Shown piece by piece: positions 1 through 9,236 of a DNA stretch of 64,000 nucleotides; positions within the stretch are counted from its first letter, which is position 1; each line of letters opens with the position of its first letter. Both the position numbers and the translations under genes were made by a program. The DNA comes from Desulfobacterales bacterium (GTDB lineage Bacteria; Desulfobacterota; Desulfobacteria; Desulfobacterales; UBA5852). The stretch spans positions 2,368,001 to 2,432,000 of the forward strand of contig CAXXVS010000003.1 in the NCBI GenBank assembly GCA_963674755.2. The letters run 5' to 3'. The notes under the pieces were generated by a model, which searched no databases, was not told the origin of the DNA, and worked only from the letters and a program-made list of their open reading frames with translations.

Positions 1-1122
1 AAGGACACCCTGACCGCCTTCGCACCCGAGGTCATCGGGATTTCCATCCGCAACATCGACGACCAGGACAGCCGCAACCCGAGGTTTCTATTGGAGGAAG
101 CCTGCGCCGTGGTGGCCTGCTGCAAGGCCGACCAACCTGTGCCGGTTGTCCTGGGCGGTGCCGGATACAGCATCTTCCCGGAGGAGGTGCTGGATTACAC
201 CGGTGCGGACATGGGCATCCAGGGGGAAGGGGAGGCGGCCTTCGCTGCGCTGCTGTCATGCCTGGCGGCGGGCCACCCTCTGACCGATGTGCCGGGGCTA
301 TACCTCCGCGGCCAAGGCCTTCAGGCGCCGCGAAGCTTCGTTCCCGAACTGGACCGGATGCCTCTTCCGGATCCCGATCTTTTCGACCGCCGTCTGGCGG
401 ACAATCCCGCTTACGATCTGCCCGTCCAGACCCGGCGGGGCTGCCCGTTGCGCTGCAGCTACTGTTCGACTTCCTCCATCGAGGGCACCCGAATCCGTAA
501 ACGCTCAACGGAGAAGGTCGTGGATGCCCTGACCCGTTGGGGGGCGGCCGGCTTCCGGCGGATTTTCTTTGTGGACAACGTCTTCAACCTGCCGCCCGGC
601 TATGCCCAAGCGCTCTGCGAGCACATCACCACCGCCGGACTCGATTTGAATTGGCGCTGCATTCTCTACCCCGGCCAGGTGAGCGAGGAACTGGTGCGGG
701 CCATGGCACGGGCCGGGTGCCGCGAGGTCTCCCTGGGGTTTGAAAGTGGATACCAGCCTTTGCTGGATGCCATGCACAAGCGCTTTCGCACCGCCGATAT
801 TCGCGACGCCAGCCGGCGGTTGGCCGGCCACGGCATCCGCCGCACGGGATTTCTGCTGCTGGGGGGACCCGGGGAAACCCGTGCCTCGGTCGAGACGAGC
901 CTGGCATTTGCCGATGCATTGGGGCTGGAGACGGGTAAACTCACGGTGGGGGTGCGCATCTACCCCCACACGGAATTGGCCCGCATCGCCGTGCGGGAAG
1001 GCGTCATTGGAGCGGATAACAACTTGCTCCAGCCCCGCTTTTATATCGCCCCGGACCTCGAAGCCTGGCTGCGGGAAACCGTCCGCGCCTGGTTGGCGGA
1101 ACGGCCGCATTGGGTCTTGTAG
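1..1122 (+). CDS. B12-binding radical SAM protein (5' end outside window)
   Basis: Frame is open from base 1. Cobalamin-binding-like segment (GISIRNID...VVLGGAG), then CxxxCxxC (CPLRCSYC), FFVDNVFN and LGFESG motifs. Confidence 0.85.
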   Translation, partial: KDTLTAFAPEVIGISIRNIDDQDSRNPRFLLEEACAVVACCKADQPVPVVLGGAGYSIFPEEVLDYTGADMGIQGEGEAAFAALLSCLAAGHPLTDVPGLYLRGQGLQAPRSFVPELDRMPLPDPDLFDRRLADNPAYDLPVQTRRGCPLRCSYCSTSSIEGTRIRKRSTEKVVDALTRWGAAGFRRIFFVDNVFNLPPGYAQALCEHITTAGLDLNWRCILYPGQVSEELVRAMARAGCREVSLGFESGYQPLLDAMHKRFRTADIRDASRRLAGHGIRRTGFLLLGGPGETRASVETSLAFADALGLETGKLTVGVRIYPHTELARIAVREGVIGADNNLLQPRFYIAPDLEAWLRETVRAWLAERPHWVL

Positions 1123-1126
1123 TTCT

Positions 1127-1497
1127 GATCTAAACCATCGACCCCTGGTGGAAGCACTGGATCGATTCTACTGATCCTGGGCACTTTTTAAAAATGTTTT
1201 CTTCATTTTCTTTCACGTGAAAGAAAACGGAAGCAATCACGCCTCGGCGTGACAGGCTTCAAACGCCCGTGTCCTGCTTCATCCTGCGCGTCGTCGCGGC
1301 GGCCGGAGCACGCGGAAACTCGCCCCGCCTACGCTAACGCTACGGCGGGACTCAGACAGTCCGCGCGCTTTAATCCGTCCGCCCCGCCGATGCTCGGCGC
1401 GGAACAATGGGAAATCTGAAAACAAAAGGCCAAAACTTCATTTTTGAAGCCTCCTTTTAGGAGGCTACCTGATGCCTCTCGCTATGCGGGAGGAGAC
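1127..1497 (+). repeat. Structured intergenic repeat family, copy 1 (~370 bp)
   Basis: Shares blocks (gatctaaacc, ttttctttcacgtgaaagaaaa, aaacgcccgtgtcc, gcggaaactcgc, gctttaatccgtccgccccgccgatgctcggcgcgg, gcctcc..ggagg) with copies near 35.3, 37.4, 41.3 and 62.7 kb. Confidence 0.9.
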
Positions 1498-1536
1498 TCA
1501 CGCGAACCGGTAGGCGGATTGCTGGTAAATACCAAG

Positions 1537-1860
1537 TTATGATTCGGATGAGCTCTCCTCAAGTAAGGTCAGAGCTTCCATAGCCAGTTGTCTCACTTCC
1601 TGCCATTCTTCGGCAGATGACAATGCCTGGGTTTGCCAAAGATGTGATTTATCACCGCCACTCATTGTACTAAGTTTGTTGTCGAGCATTGATAGCACAT
1701 CACCAACTTCTGCTGGCAACTCAGAAGGCAAATTTACTGCATCATCAAACTCCAAACCGAGCTCATCAGCAAGTGGTGCAACTCCAAGATCCTCGATGTA
1801 TTGAATTTGATGTTCTGGATTAGATGCGAGTATCTCTAATATCCGCTTCAATTCATTCAT
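1537..1860 (-). CDS. Putative polymorphic-toxin immunity protein (107 aa)
   Basis: AT-richer than its flanks, acidic and helical; overlaps the stop of an Rhs-core/toxin-tip fragment by ATGA coupling. Confidence 0.6.
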   Translation of the reverse strand: MNELKRILEILASNPEHQIQYIEDLGVAPLADELGLEFDDAVNLPSELPAEVGDVLSMLDNKLSTMSGGDKSHLWQTQALSSAEEWQEVRQLAMEALTLLEESSSES

Positions 1861-2111
1861 CTAATAATTCTTGGCTTCGTGTTATGATTATTTACTTGCC
1901 AATATGGGTCCAATCCATGATGCCCACCTCTTGAATGCCATCTGATCACTCTTCCAGTCGGTTGCCTCCCAGCGGCCGAATCATAGTGCCGGTGGTAGTT
2001 GTAATGCAGCCCGGTTTCCTGGTCATCGTACTGGCCCGCAAACCTGAATTTAACAGCTTCAGAACCTATACTGGCATAGTCCGTCAAAAAGGCTGATCGG
2101 CCATTGGCCAT
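1857..2111 (-). pseudogene. Rhs repeat-associated core remnant fused to a toxin C-terminal fragment
   Basis: FRFAGQYDDQETGLHYNYHRHYD is the Rhs core signature. It is followed directly by IRWHSRGGHHGLDPYWQV, with the usual DPxG cleavage region missing. Confidence 0.75.
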
Positions 2112-2129
2112 AAAGTTAAAGCTTTTCTC

Positions 2130-3122
2130 TTACTCCAGCTTGTGCCGCAGGCGCTCCAGCTCCTCCCGTTTGCCGATCACCACGGCCACATCCCCCCCCA
2201 CCAGCTTCTCCGTCGGCAGGGGGTTGAAGATCATCTTCCCGCTGGCTTTTTTGATGGCCACCATGATGATCCCGAAATCGCGCCGGATGTTGCTTTCCAC
2301 CAGGGTGCGGCCGTCGTATTCCGAATCGGGGCTGATGAGGGCCTCCTCGATGGCCAGGTCCAGGGAGGTGTTCATGAGGGCGGTGTCGATGAAATCGATG
2401 ACCGTGGGGGATTTAAGGACCTGGGCCATGCGGCGTCCCCCGATCTGGTAGGGCGCCACCACCCGGGTGGCCCCGGCCCGCAGGAGTTTTTTTTCGTTGC
2501 CGGTATCCGAGGTGCGGGCGAGGACGAAAATATCCGGGCACAGATCCTTGGCGGTGAGGGTGATGAACACGTTGTGGGCGTCCGAGCGCACGGCTGTCAC
2601 GACCCCCTTGGCCGTCATAATGCCGGCCTTGCGCAGGGCGTCCTCGGTGGTGGCGTCCAGGTTGAGGTAGAGATACCCGTATTTCTCCAGCTCTTCGACT
2701 TTGGCGGTGTCCTGCTCGATGACCACGAAGGGTATGCGGGCCGCGGCCAGTTCTTCACTAACGATCCGTCCGATGCGCCCGAAGCCGCACACGATGTAGT
2801 GATTCCTCAAATCGGATAGCTGTTTGCGCAATTTGCGCCTCCCTAAAAAGAATTGCAGTTCGCCTTCCACGAAGATTCGCACCAGGAGTCCCAGGGTATA
2901 GGTGCCCAGGCTGATGCCCGTCACGATAATGATGATGGTGATGACCCGTCCGGCGGGCGACAGGGGCCGGATTTCGCTGAAGCCCACCGTGCTGATGGTG
3001 ATGATGGTCATGTAGAAGGCGTCGAAGACGGGCATGTGGTCGACGGTGGCATACCCCAGGGTGCCGAAACCGATGATGCCGCAGAACAAGATGAGGGACA
3101 GTTTAAGCTTGGAATAATCCAT
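2130..3122 (-). CDS. Two-TM potassium channel with RCK (TrkA-N/C) domains
   Basis: Pore filter TISTVGF; Rossmann motif IVCGFGRIG; C-terminal TrkA-C region. Confidence 0.9.
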   Translation of the reverse strand: MDYSKLKLSLILFCGIIGFGTLGYATVDHMPVFDAFYMTIITISTVGFSEIRPLSPAGRVITIIIIVTGISLGTYTLGLLVRIFVEGELQFFLGRRKLRKQLSDLRNHYIVCGFGRIGRIVSEELAAARIPFVVIEQDTAKVEELEKYGYLYLNLDATTEDALRKAGIMTAKGVVTAVRSDAHNVFITLTAKDLCPDIFVLARTSDTGNEKKLLRAGATRVVAPYQIGGRRMAQVLKSPTVIDFIDTALMNTSLDLAIEEALISPDSEYDGRTLVESNIRRDFGIIMVAIKKASGKMIFNPLPTEKLVGGDVAVVIGKREELERLRHKLE

Positions 3123-3202
3123 AGGCGATGCCGCCAGTCGCGTTCGATGGGAGGTTCAGTCGGCGGGCCAACATATCGTCCAGGTTACCGTCGGCCGGTT
3201 TT

Positions 3203-3685
3203 TCATACCGATTCAGCTTTGTGCAGACGCACGCTAAGGATCGGGACCGGGCAGAGGCGGAACATCTTTTCCGCTGTGGCGCCGAGCAGGGCGCTGGCCA
3301 AGTTGGTGCGGCCCCGGGTACCCATGATGACCAGGTCCGCCTGTTCCATTTCGACGATATTGATCAGTTCCTGGAACGGCACGCCGGTTCCGATGACCGT
3401 TTTGAGAAACAGCTCCGGGCGTCCACTCTTGTGGATAAGCGCTTTCAGCTGGGTTTCGCGTTCGCCTTTGTGTTCTTGAATGAAGGTTGCAGGCGATGCC
3501 TCCTTCTGAATCAGGAAGGAGCGGTGTACGGCATGTTCGATGGCATCCACATCCCGCTGATTGATGACGTTCGTCAGGATCAGTTTGGCTCCGCTGCATT
3601 CCGCCATGGCGATGGCGTATTTCATGACCTGTTGGGTGTATTGGGACAGGTCGCAGGCCACCAGAATTTTATGGAAAGGTTTCAT
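3203..3685 (-). CDS. Universal stress protein
   Basis: KILVACDLS N-terminus; ADLVIMGTRGR..LLGATAEK..CPVPIL motif. Confidence 0.9.
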   Translation of the reverse strand: MKPFHKILVACDLSQYTQQVMKYAIAMAECSGAKLILTNVINQRDVDAIEHAVHRSFLIQKEASPATFIQEHKGERETQLKALIHKSGRPELFLKTVIGTGVPFQELINIVEMEQADLVIMGTRGRTNLASALLGATAEKMFRLCPVPILSVRLHKAESV

Positions 3686-4003
3686 GGGCGGCTCCCGGAT
3701 GTTAATGTGCCAAGGATGAGATGCCCCTCCATTTAATGGACTTTAGAATAATTTGGCAAGCCTCAAATACAGGCGAGCCAATTGGGATGGGGTGGGGAGG
3801 TGGTTCCTCCCTGCCGCCGGAACTGGGAACTCCAGGGTCCTGTCCTCTGAGAAAGCGGAACACGGATGTCCTTTTAAACGGCCTGGCTTTCAATAAAGCG
3901 GCCGGCTTCGCCCCAAGTATGGGCTGGCCCGCTTCGTGCAGCCTTGATTCGGAGATCCAACGCACGCCCACCGATGTCACCATGCAAAGGACAGGTTTCC
4001 CCA

Positions 4004-4342
4004 TTGAGATTAAATCCATGCTCGGCCTGCGGCGCCTGCTGTGCCTTCTTCAAGGTTTCATTTCTCTCATGCGAGGTGGACGACCACGAAGGCGGCATTG
4101 TTCCGGTCGTTTTTACGGAAGGCATCAATCGGACCCACAGCGCAATGAAAGGCACCAGGGGGTTTTTCAAGCGCTGTGCGGCCCTGAAAGGGGTGATCGG
4201 GCAGCATGTGAGCTGCGCCATTTACCCGGAGCGCCCATCGACCTGTCGCGCGTTTCGCGCAACCTGGGAAAACGCCTGCCGCAACGCCACCTGCGACCGG
4301 GCCCGGTCGAGCTACGGGCTGCAGCCGTTCGATGAGTATTAA
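4004..4342 (+). CDS. YkgJ-family cysteine-cluster (Fe-S/Zn) protein
   Basis: CxxCGACC...RCAALxG...CAIYPERPSTCR...C. Start uncertain: TTG at 4004 after an AGGA, although the ORF is open from 3944. Confidence 0.8.
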   Translation: MRLNPCSACGACCAFFKVSFLSCEVDDHEGGIVPVVFTEGINRTHSAMKGTRGFFKRCAALKGVIGQHVSCAIYPERPSTCRAFRATWENACRNATCDRARSSYGLQPFDEY

Positions 4343-4856
4343 TAGAACCTGATTATCCAAAAAAACCGCCCGGCGAGGAAGAATTGCGGCTTTCTCGAAA
4401 CGGCGCCATCGCCTTCCCGGCTCCGGGCTTTTTCCGGTGCACGTGCTACCGCAAGATTCAGCATTACCTCATAGACTGCTGACCCTCAGAGCTTTCCCAC
4501 CCCCGCACGGTTGCCATTCTGAAAAGACTATCGTCGAAAGCCGCCCTGACAAACGCCGGAGGCGTGCTTATGGTCGGTTATTGTTGAGCGAACACCAGAC
4601 GGCCGCCGAATACGGGAATGGCCAGGATGCAAATACAGGCTGAACCCGATGGACGCCAGGAGCCTTTAGCGGCATGTTAAGGCACGCCGCCTTGGTGAAG
4701 CCATTTCTCTCGCCGGCAGCAGCTCCCGCAAAAGGGGGCTTCCGTATGCCGTGGCATGTAACGTGACATGTGAGGGGAATAGGCACCCTTTACGGCCGCC
4801 CACCTCAGGGGTAGCTGTGATCCCTCTAAAATTTCAACGACAGGAACCCATACGCG

Positions 4857-7541
4857 ATGGCCGACAAGCGATCCGATTCAAATCACCAGACTGACCTCAA
4901 CGACATCGAAAACCGGGAGTGGCGTGAATCCCTGGATTACGTCTATCGCCACCAGGGCCCCCGGCGGGTCGTCGAATTGCTGCGCCACTTGCAGACCCAC
5001 GCCCAGGAAAAGGGCATCCGCTTCCCCTATACGGCCAACACCCCCTATATCAATACCATCCCGGCCGATCGCCAGCCGGTGTTTCCCGGGCGGCGCGACA
5101 TCGAACGGCGCATCAAGAGCATCATCCGCTGGAACGCCATGGCCATGGTGGTGCGGGCCAACAAGCAAAGCGACGGCATCGGCGGGCACATTTCCACCTA
5201 CGCTTCCTGCGCGACCCTGTTCGAAGTGGGCTTCAACCATTTCTTCCACGCCCGCACCCCGGAGCACCCGGGCGATTCGGTCTATTTTCAGGGGCACGCC
5301 GCCCCGGGCGTTTATGCGCGGGCCTTTCTGGAAGGACGTCTGGACGAGCAGCACCTGAAGAACTTCCGGCGGGAGCGCAAGGCCGGGGGAGGACTGTCCT
5401 CCTACCCGCATCCCTACCTGATGCCGGATTTCTGGCAATTTCCCACGGTTTCCATGGGCCTGGGGCCCATCATGGCCATCTACCAGGCCCGCTTCAACCG
5501 CTATCTCGAAGACCGCGGGCTGGTGGACACCTCCCGGCAGCATGTCTGGGCTTTTTTAGGCGACGGCGAACTGGACGAGCCCGAAGCCCTGGGGGCAATC
5601 ACCCTGGCCGCCCGGGAGAAGCTGGACAATCTGACCTTCGTGATCAATTGCAATCTCCAGCGTCTGGACGGTCCGGTGCGGGGCAACGGCAAGATCATCC
5701 AGGAGCTGGAGGCCGCTTTCCGGGGGGCCGGCTGGCATGTGCTGAAGGTCATCTGGGGCGCGGACTGGGACCCGCTGCTCTCCCGGGACACCAGCGGACG
5801 GCTGGTGCAGCGTATGGACGAGGTCCCCGACGGCCAGTACCAAAAATACACCGTGGCCGGGGGCGACTACATTCGCAAGGACTTCTTCGGCAAATATCCC
5901 GAGCTGGCCGAACTGGTGGCCGGCTATACCGACGAGCAACTGGGTAAATTGCGGCGCGGCGGCCACGATCCCGAAAAAGTCTATGCCGCCTATCAAACCG
6001 CGGTGGAGCACGCGGGCGCCCCCACCGTGATTCTGGCCAAAACCATCAAGGGCTACGGCCTGGGGGAGGCTGGCGAGGGGCGCAACGTCACCCACCAGCA
6101 AAAGAAGCTCAACGAGGAGGAATTGCGCCATTTCCGCAGCCGTTTCGGCATCCCCATCCCGGATGACGAGATCGCCGAGATGCCCTTCTACCGGCCGGCC
6201 GAAAACAGCGAGGAGATGCAGTATCTGCGGGAGCGCCGGCGGGCCCTGGGCGGTCTGCTGCCCTCGCGCAGCGTGTCGGTGCCGGTGCACCGCCCGCCGC
6301 GCAAGGACATGTACATTGAGTTCATGCAGGGCTCCGGCCAGCGGGAAGTGGCCACCACCATGGCCATGGTCCACCTGCTGGGCAAGCTGCTCAAAGACCC
6401 GAACCTGGGCCGCTACATCGTGCCCATCGTGCCGGACGAAGCACGCACTTTCGGCATGGAAGCCCTCTTCCGCACGATCGGCATCTACTCTCACGTGGGG
6501 CAGAACTACGAGCCCGTGGATCGGGAAAGCCTGCTCTACTACAAGGAGGCCAAGGACGGCCAGATCCTGGAGGAGGGCATCACCGAAGCCGGCGCCATGT
6601 CGTCCTTCATCGCCGCCGGCACGGCCTACTCCACCTTCGGCATCAACATGATACCGTTCTTCTTCTTCTACTCCATGTTCGGCTTCCAGCGCGTGGGGGA
6701 CCTCATCTGGGCCTCCGGCGACGCCCAGGCCCGTGGCTTCCTGCTGGGAGCCACGGCCGGGCGAACGACCCTGGCGGGTGAGGGCCTGCAGCACCAGGAC
6801 GGCCACAGCCACGTGCTGGCCCTGGCCAACCCTTCGGTGGAGGCCTACGACCCGGCCTTTGCCTACGAGGTGGCCGTCATCGTCCGGGAGGGCCTGCGAC
6901 GGATGCTGGAAGACGGCGAGAGCGTGGTCTACTACCTGACCCTGATGAACGAGTTCTATACGATGCCGCCCGCCCCCAAGGGCGTCGAGGAGGGCATCCT
7001 TAAAGGGCTTTACAAATTCAAGGCCTCGGAGAACACGCGTGCCCGGATCAAGGCCCATCTGCTGGGCAGCGGAACGATCCTGAACGAGGCCCTGGCCGCC
7101 CAGCGCCTGTTGGAAGAAGATTTCGGGGTGGCCGCCGATGTGTGGAGCGTCACCAGCTACAAGAAGCTTTACCGGGATGCCGAGGACGCCGAGCGCTGGA
7201 ATCTGCGGCACCCGGAGGAGGAACCGCGCCGCTCGCACTTGCAGGCGCAGCTCGACGGCGAACAGGGGATCTTCGTGGCGGCCTCCGATTATCTCAAGGC
7301 CCTGCCGTCCACCATTGCCCGTTGGATGCCGGGCCCCATGTTCATTCTGGGAACGGACGGCTACGGGCGCAGTGAATCCCGGCAGGCCCTGCGGGATTTC
7401 TTCGAGGTGGATGCGCGCCACATCGCCTATACGGCCCTGTGCGGCCTGTTGCGCGCAAAACGCGTCAAGGCGGAGCTGGTGGCCGAGGCCCGCCGTAAGC
7501 TGGCGATCGATCCGGACAAACCCAACCCCATGTTCAACTGA
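4857..7541 (+). CDS. aceE: Pyruvate dehydrogenase E1, homodimeric type
   Basis: 894 aa; GGHISTYAS, FPTVSMGLG, GDGE TPP motif, NCNLQRLDGPVRGN, GEGLQHQDGH. Confidence 0.95.
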   Translation: MADKRSDSNHQTDLNDIENREWRESLDYVYRHQGPRRVVELLRHLQTHAQEKGIRFPYTANTPYINTIPADRQPVFPGRRDIERRIKSIIRWNAMAMVVRANKQSDGIGGHISTYASCATLFEVGFNHFFHARTPEHPGDSVYFQGHAAPGVYARAFLEGRLDEQHLKNFRRERKAGGGLSSYPHPYLMPDFWQFPTVSMGLGPIMAIYQARFNRYLEDRGLVDTSRQHVWAFLGDGELDEPEALGAITLAAREKLDNLTFVINCNLQRLDGPVRGNGKIIQELEAAFRGAGWHVLKVIWGADWDPLLSRDTSGRLVQRMDEVPDGQYQKYTVAGGDYIRKDFFGKYPELAELVAGYTDEQLGKLRRGGHDPEKVYAAYQTAVEHAGAPTVILAKTIKGYGLGEAGEGRNVTHQQKKLNEEELRHFRSRFGIPIPDDEIAEMPFYRPAENSEEMQYLRERRRALGGLLPSRSVSVPVHRPPRKDMYIEFMQGSGQREVATTMAMVHLLGKLLKDPNLGRYIVPIVPDEARTFGMEALFRTIGIYSHVGQNYEPVDRESLLYYKEAKDGQILEEGITEAGAMSSFIAAGTAYSTFGINMIPFFFFYSMFGFQRVGDLIWASGDAQARGFLLGATAGRTTLAGEGLQHQDGHSHVLALANPSVEAYDPAFAYEVAVIVREGLRRMLEDGESVVYYLTLMNEFYTMPPAPKGVEEGILKGLYKFKASENTRARIKAHLLGSGTILNEALAAQRLLEEDFGVAADVWSVTSYKKLYRDAEDAERWNLRHPEEEPRRSHLQAQLDGEQGIFVAASDYLKALPSTIARWMPGPMFILGTDGYGRSESRQALRDFFEVDARHIAYTALCGLLRAKRVKAELVAEARRKLAIDPDKPNPMFN

Positions 7542-7581
7542 TGGCCTTTAGCGCCATCCCTTTGCGACCCGAGGACAAATC

Positions 7582-8970
7582 ATGCTCAAAGACGTCAGGA
7601 TTCCGGAAATCAGCGAAAATGTCACCTCCGGCAGCATCGTCGAAGTGCTGGTGGCGGTGGGTGATACCGTGGCCGTGGACGACGTGCTGGTGGAGATGGA
7701 GACCGAAAAGGCGGTGGTCGAGATCCCCTCCCCCTATGCCGGAGAGATCCGCGAGATTCTGGTCAAGGCCGGGGAGGAGAAAAACATCGGCGATGTCATC
7801 GCCCGGATCGAGGTCAGCGACGCCGAAGCTGAAGAAGATCAAAGGGACGAAGCCCCCGGGGAAGAGGATGCCGGTCAAAACGATAAGGCCGCGGAGCCCG
7901 TGGAAGACCGCCGGGTAGCAGCGGAAAATGCGGACAGTGCCCGGCCTTCAGACGAGGAAAGCGGCACGGCCGAATCATCGGTCAAGACGGAATCCCCGGC
8001 ACCCCAAAGGAAAGCGGAAGCCGCAGCGTCCGCGCCCCGGGATGACGACGCCGCGCCTCCTGCTCCGGCGGCGCCCTCCGTGCGGCGCATGGCCCGCGAG
8101 CTGGGAGTCGACATCCATGATGTGCGCGGCAGCGGTCTCGACGGACGGATCAGCCAGGAGGATGTGCATGCCTATGTCAAGCAGCGCCTTGCGGGAGCGC
8201 CCGCCGGAAGGGGTAGCGCCGGGTCAACCGGGTCAGCCTTTGATCAGCCGGCCCTGCCTGATTTCAGCCGTTGGGGCACGGTCCGTAGGGAAAAACTGGC
8301 TACGGTGCGGCGGTTGACGGCGGAGCACACCAGCGCTTCCTGGCGCATGGTACCCCAGGTGACCCAGTTCGACGAGGCCGACATCGGCGAGGTGCAGGCC
8401 TTTCTCGACCGGCACGGCCGGGAGGCGGAGAAGAAAGGCGGCAAGCTGACCCTCACCGCGGTCCTGATGAGGGTCTGTGCCGTCGCGCTGCAGCGCTACC
8501 CGGGCTTCAATGCCAGCATCGATCCGGCCAACGACCAGATGATCTTCAAGGATTACGTGCATATCGGCATGGCCGTGGACACGCCCCGGGGACTGCTGGT
8601 GCCAGTAATCAGGGACGTCCAGGACAAAGGGATCATCGACCTGGCGGTGGAGATCGTGGATACGGCCCAGCGGGCCCGCAGCAAAAAGATCAAACCGGAA
8701 GAATTCGAGGGGGCCAGCTTCACGATTTCCAACCAGGGCGGCATCGGGGGGACGGGTTTTACGCCGGTGGTGGTCTGGCCCCAGGCCGCCATTCTGGGTA
8801 TCAGCCGTGCGCAGAGGAGACTGGTGGAGCGGGACGAGGATATCGTGAGCCGTACGATTCTGCCGTTGTGCGTCTCCTACGATCACCGGATTGTGGATGG
8901 GGCCGATGCGGCGCGGTTTTTGGACTTTATTTGCAGGAGTCTGGAGCAGGGGCTGACGCTATTGCTTTAG
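7582..8970 (+). CDS. aceF: Dihydrolipoamide acetyltransferase E2, single lipoyl domain
   Basis: Lipoyl motif ETEKA; E3-binding PSVRRMARELGVD; catalytic DHRIVDGA. Confidence 0.92.
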   Translation: MLKDVRIPEISENVTSGSIVEVLVAVGDTVAVDDVLVEMETEKAVVEIPSPYAGEIREILVKAGEEKNIGDVIARIEVSDAEAEEDQRDEAPGEEDAGQNDKAAEPVEDRRVAAENADSARPSDEESGTAESSVKTESPAPQRKAEAAASAPRDDDAAPPAPAAPSVRRMARELGVDIHDVRGSGLDGRISQEDVHAYVKQRLAGAPAGRGSAGSTGSAFDQPALPDFSRWGTVRREKLATVRRLTAEHTSASWRMVPQVTQFDEADIGEVQAFLDRHGREAEKKGGKLTLTAVLMRVCAVALQRYPGFNASIDPANDQMIFKDYVHIGMAVDTPRGLLVPVIRDVQDKGIIDLAVEIVDTAQRARSKKIKPEEFEGASFTISNQGGIGGTGFTPVVVWPQAAILGISRAQRRLVERDEDIVSRTILPLCVSYDHRIVDGADAARFLDFICRSLEQGLTLLL

Positions 8971-9136
8971 GGTTTCCTGATAAAGGGCATCTTGCGGCCC
9001 AGCTCGGCGTTCTCGCATTTTAGCAATCCTCGACGTAGTACTACTACGCAAGCTTACGCTTTAACGACTGCGCCGTCGGTTGCTAAAATACTGCGGCCTT
9101 GATCTGAACCACAATATACCCTTTATCAGAAAACCC
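8970..9136. mobile_element. MITE-like element A
   Basis: Terminal inverted repeats gggtttcctgataaagggcat / ataccctttatcagaaaaccc (19/21 match); internal stem ttttagcaa/ttgctaaaa; non-coding. Confidence 0.65.
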
Positions 9137-9236
9137 GCTCCAGGTTCATTTGTGTTTTTGGAACATTACGTTTACCCCTTACAACCAATTGCTAACCATC
9201 TGATGGTGTGGCGGACGGCAAAAGGAGAAAGACTAT

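Noticed and set aside
4343..4856. Possible TPP riboswitch or sRNA before aceE; near-palindrome catgtaacgtgacatg at ~4755-4770
   Set aside because: No CTGAGA TPP core found; a single imperfect palindrome is insufficient support.
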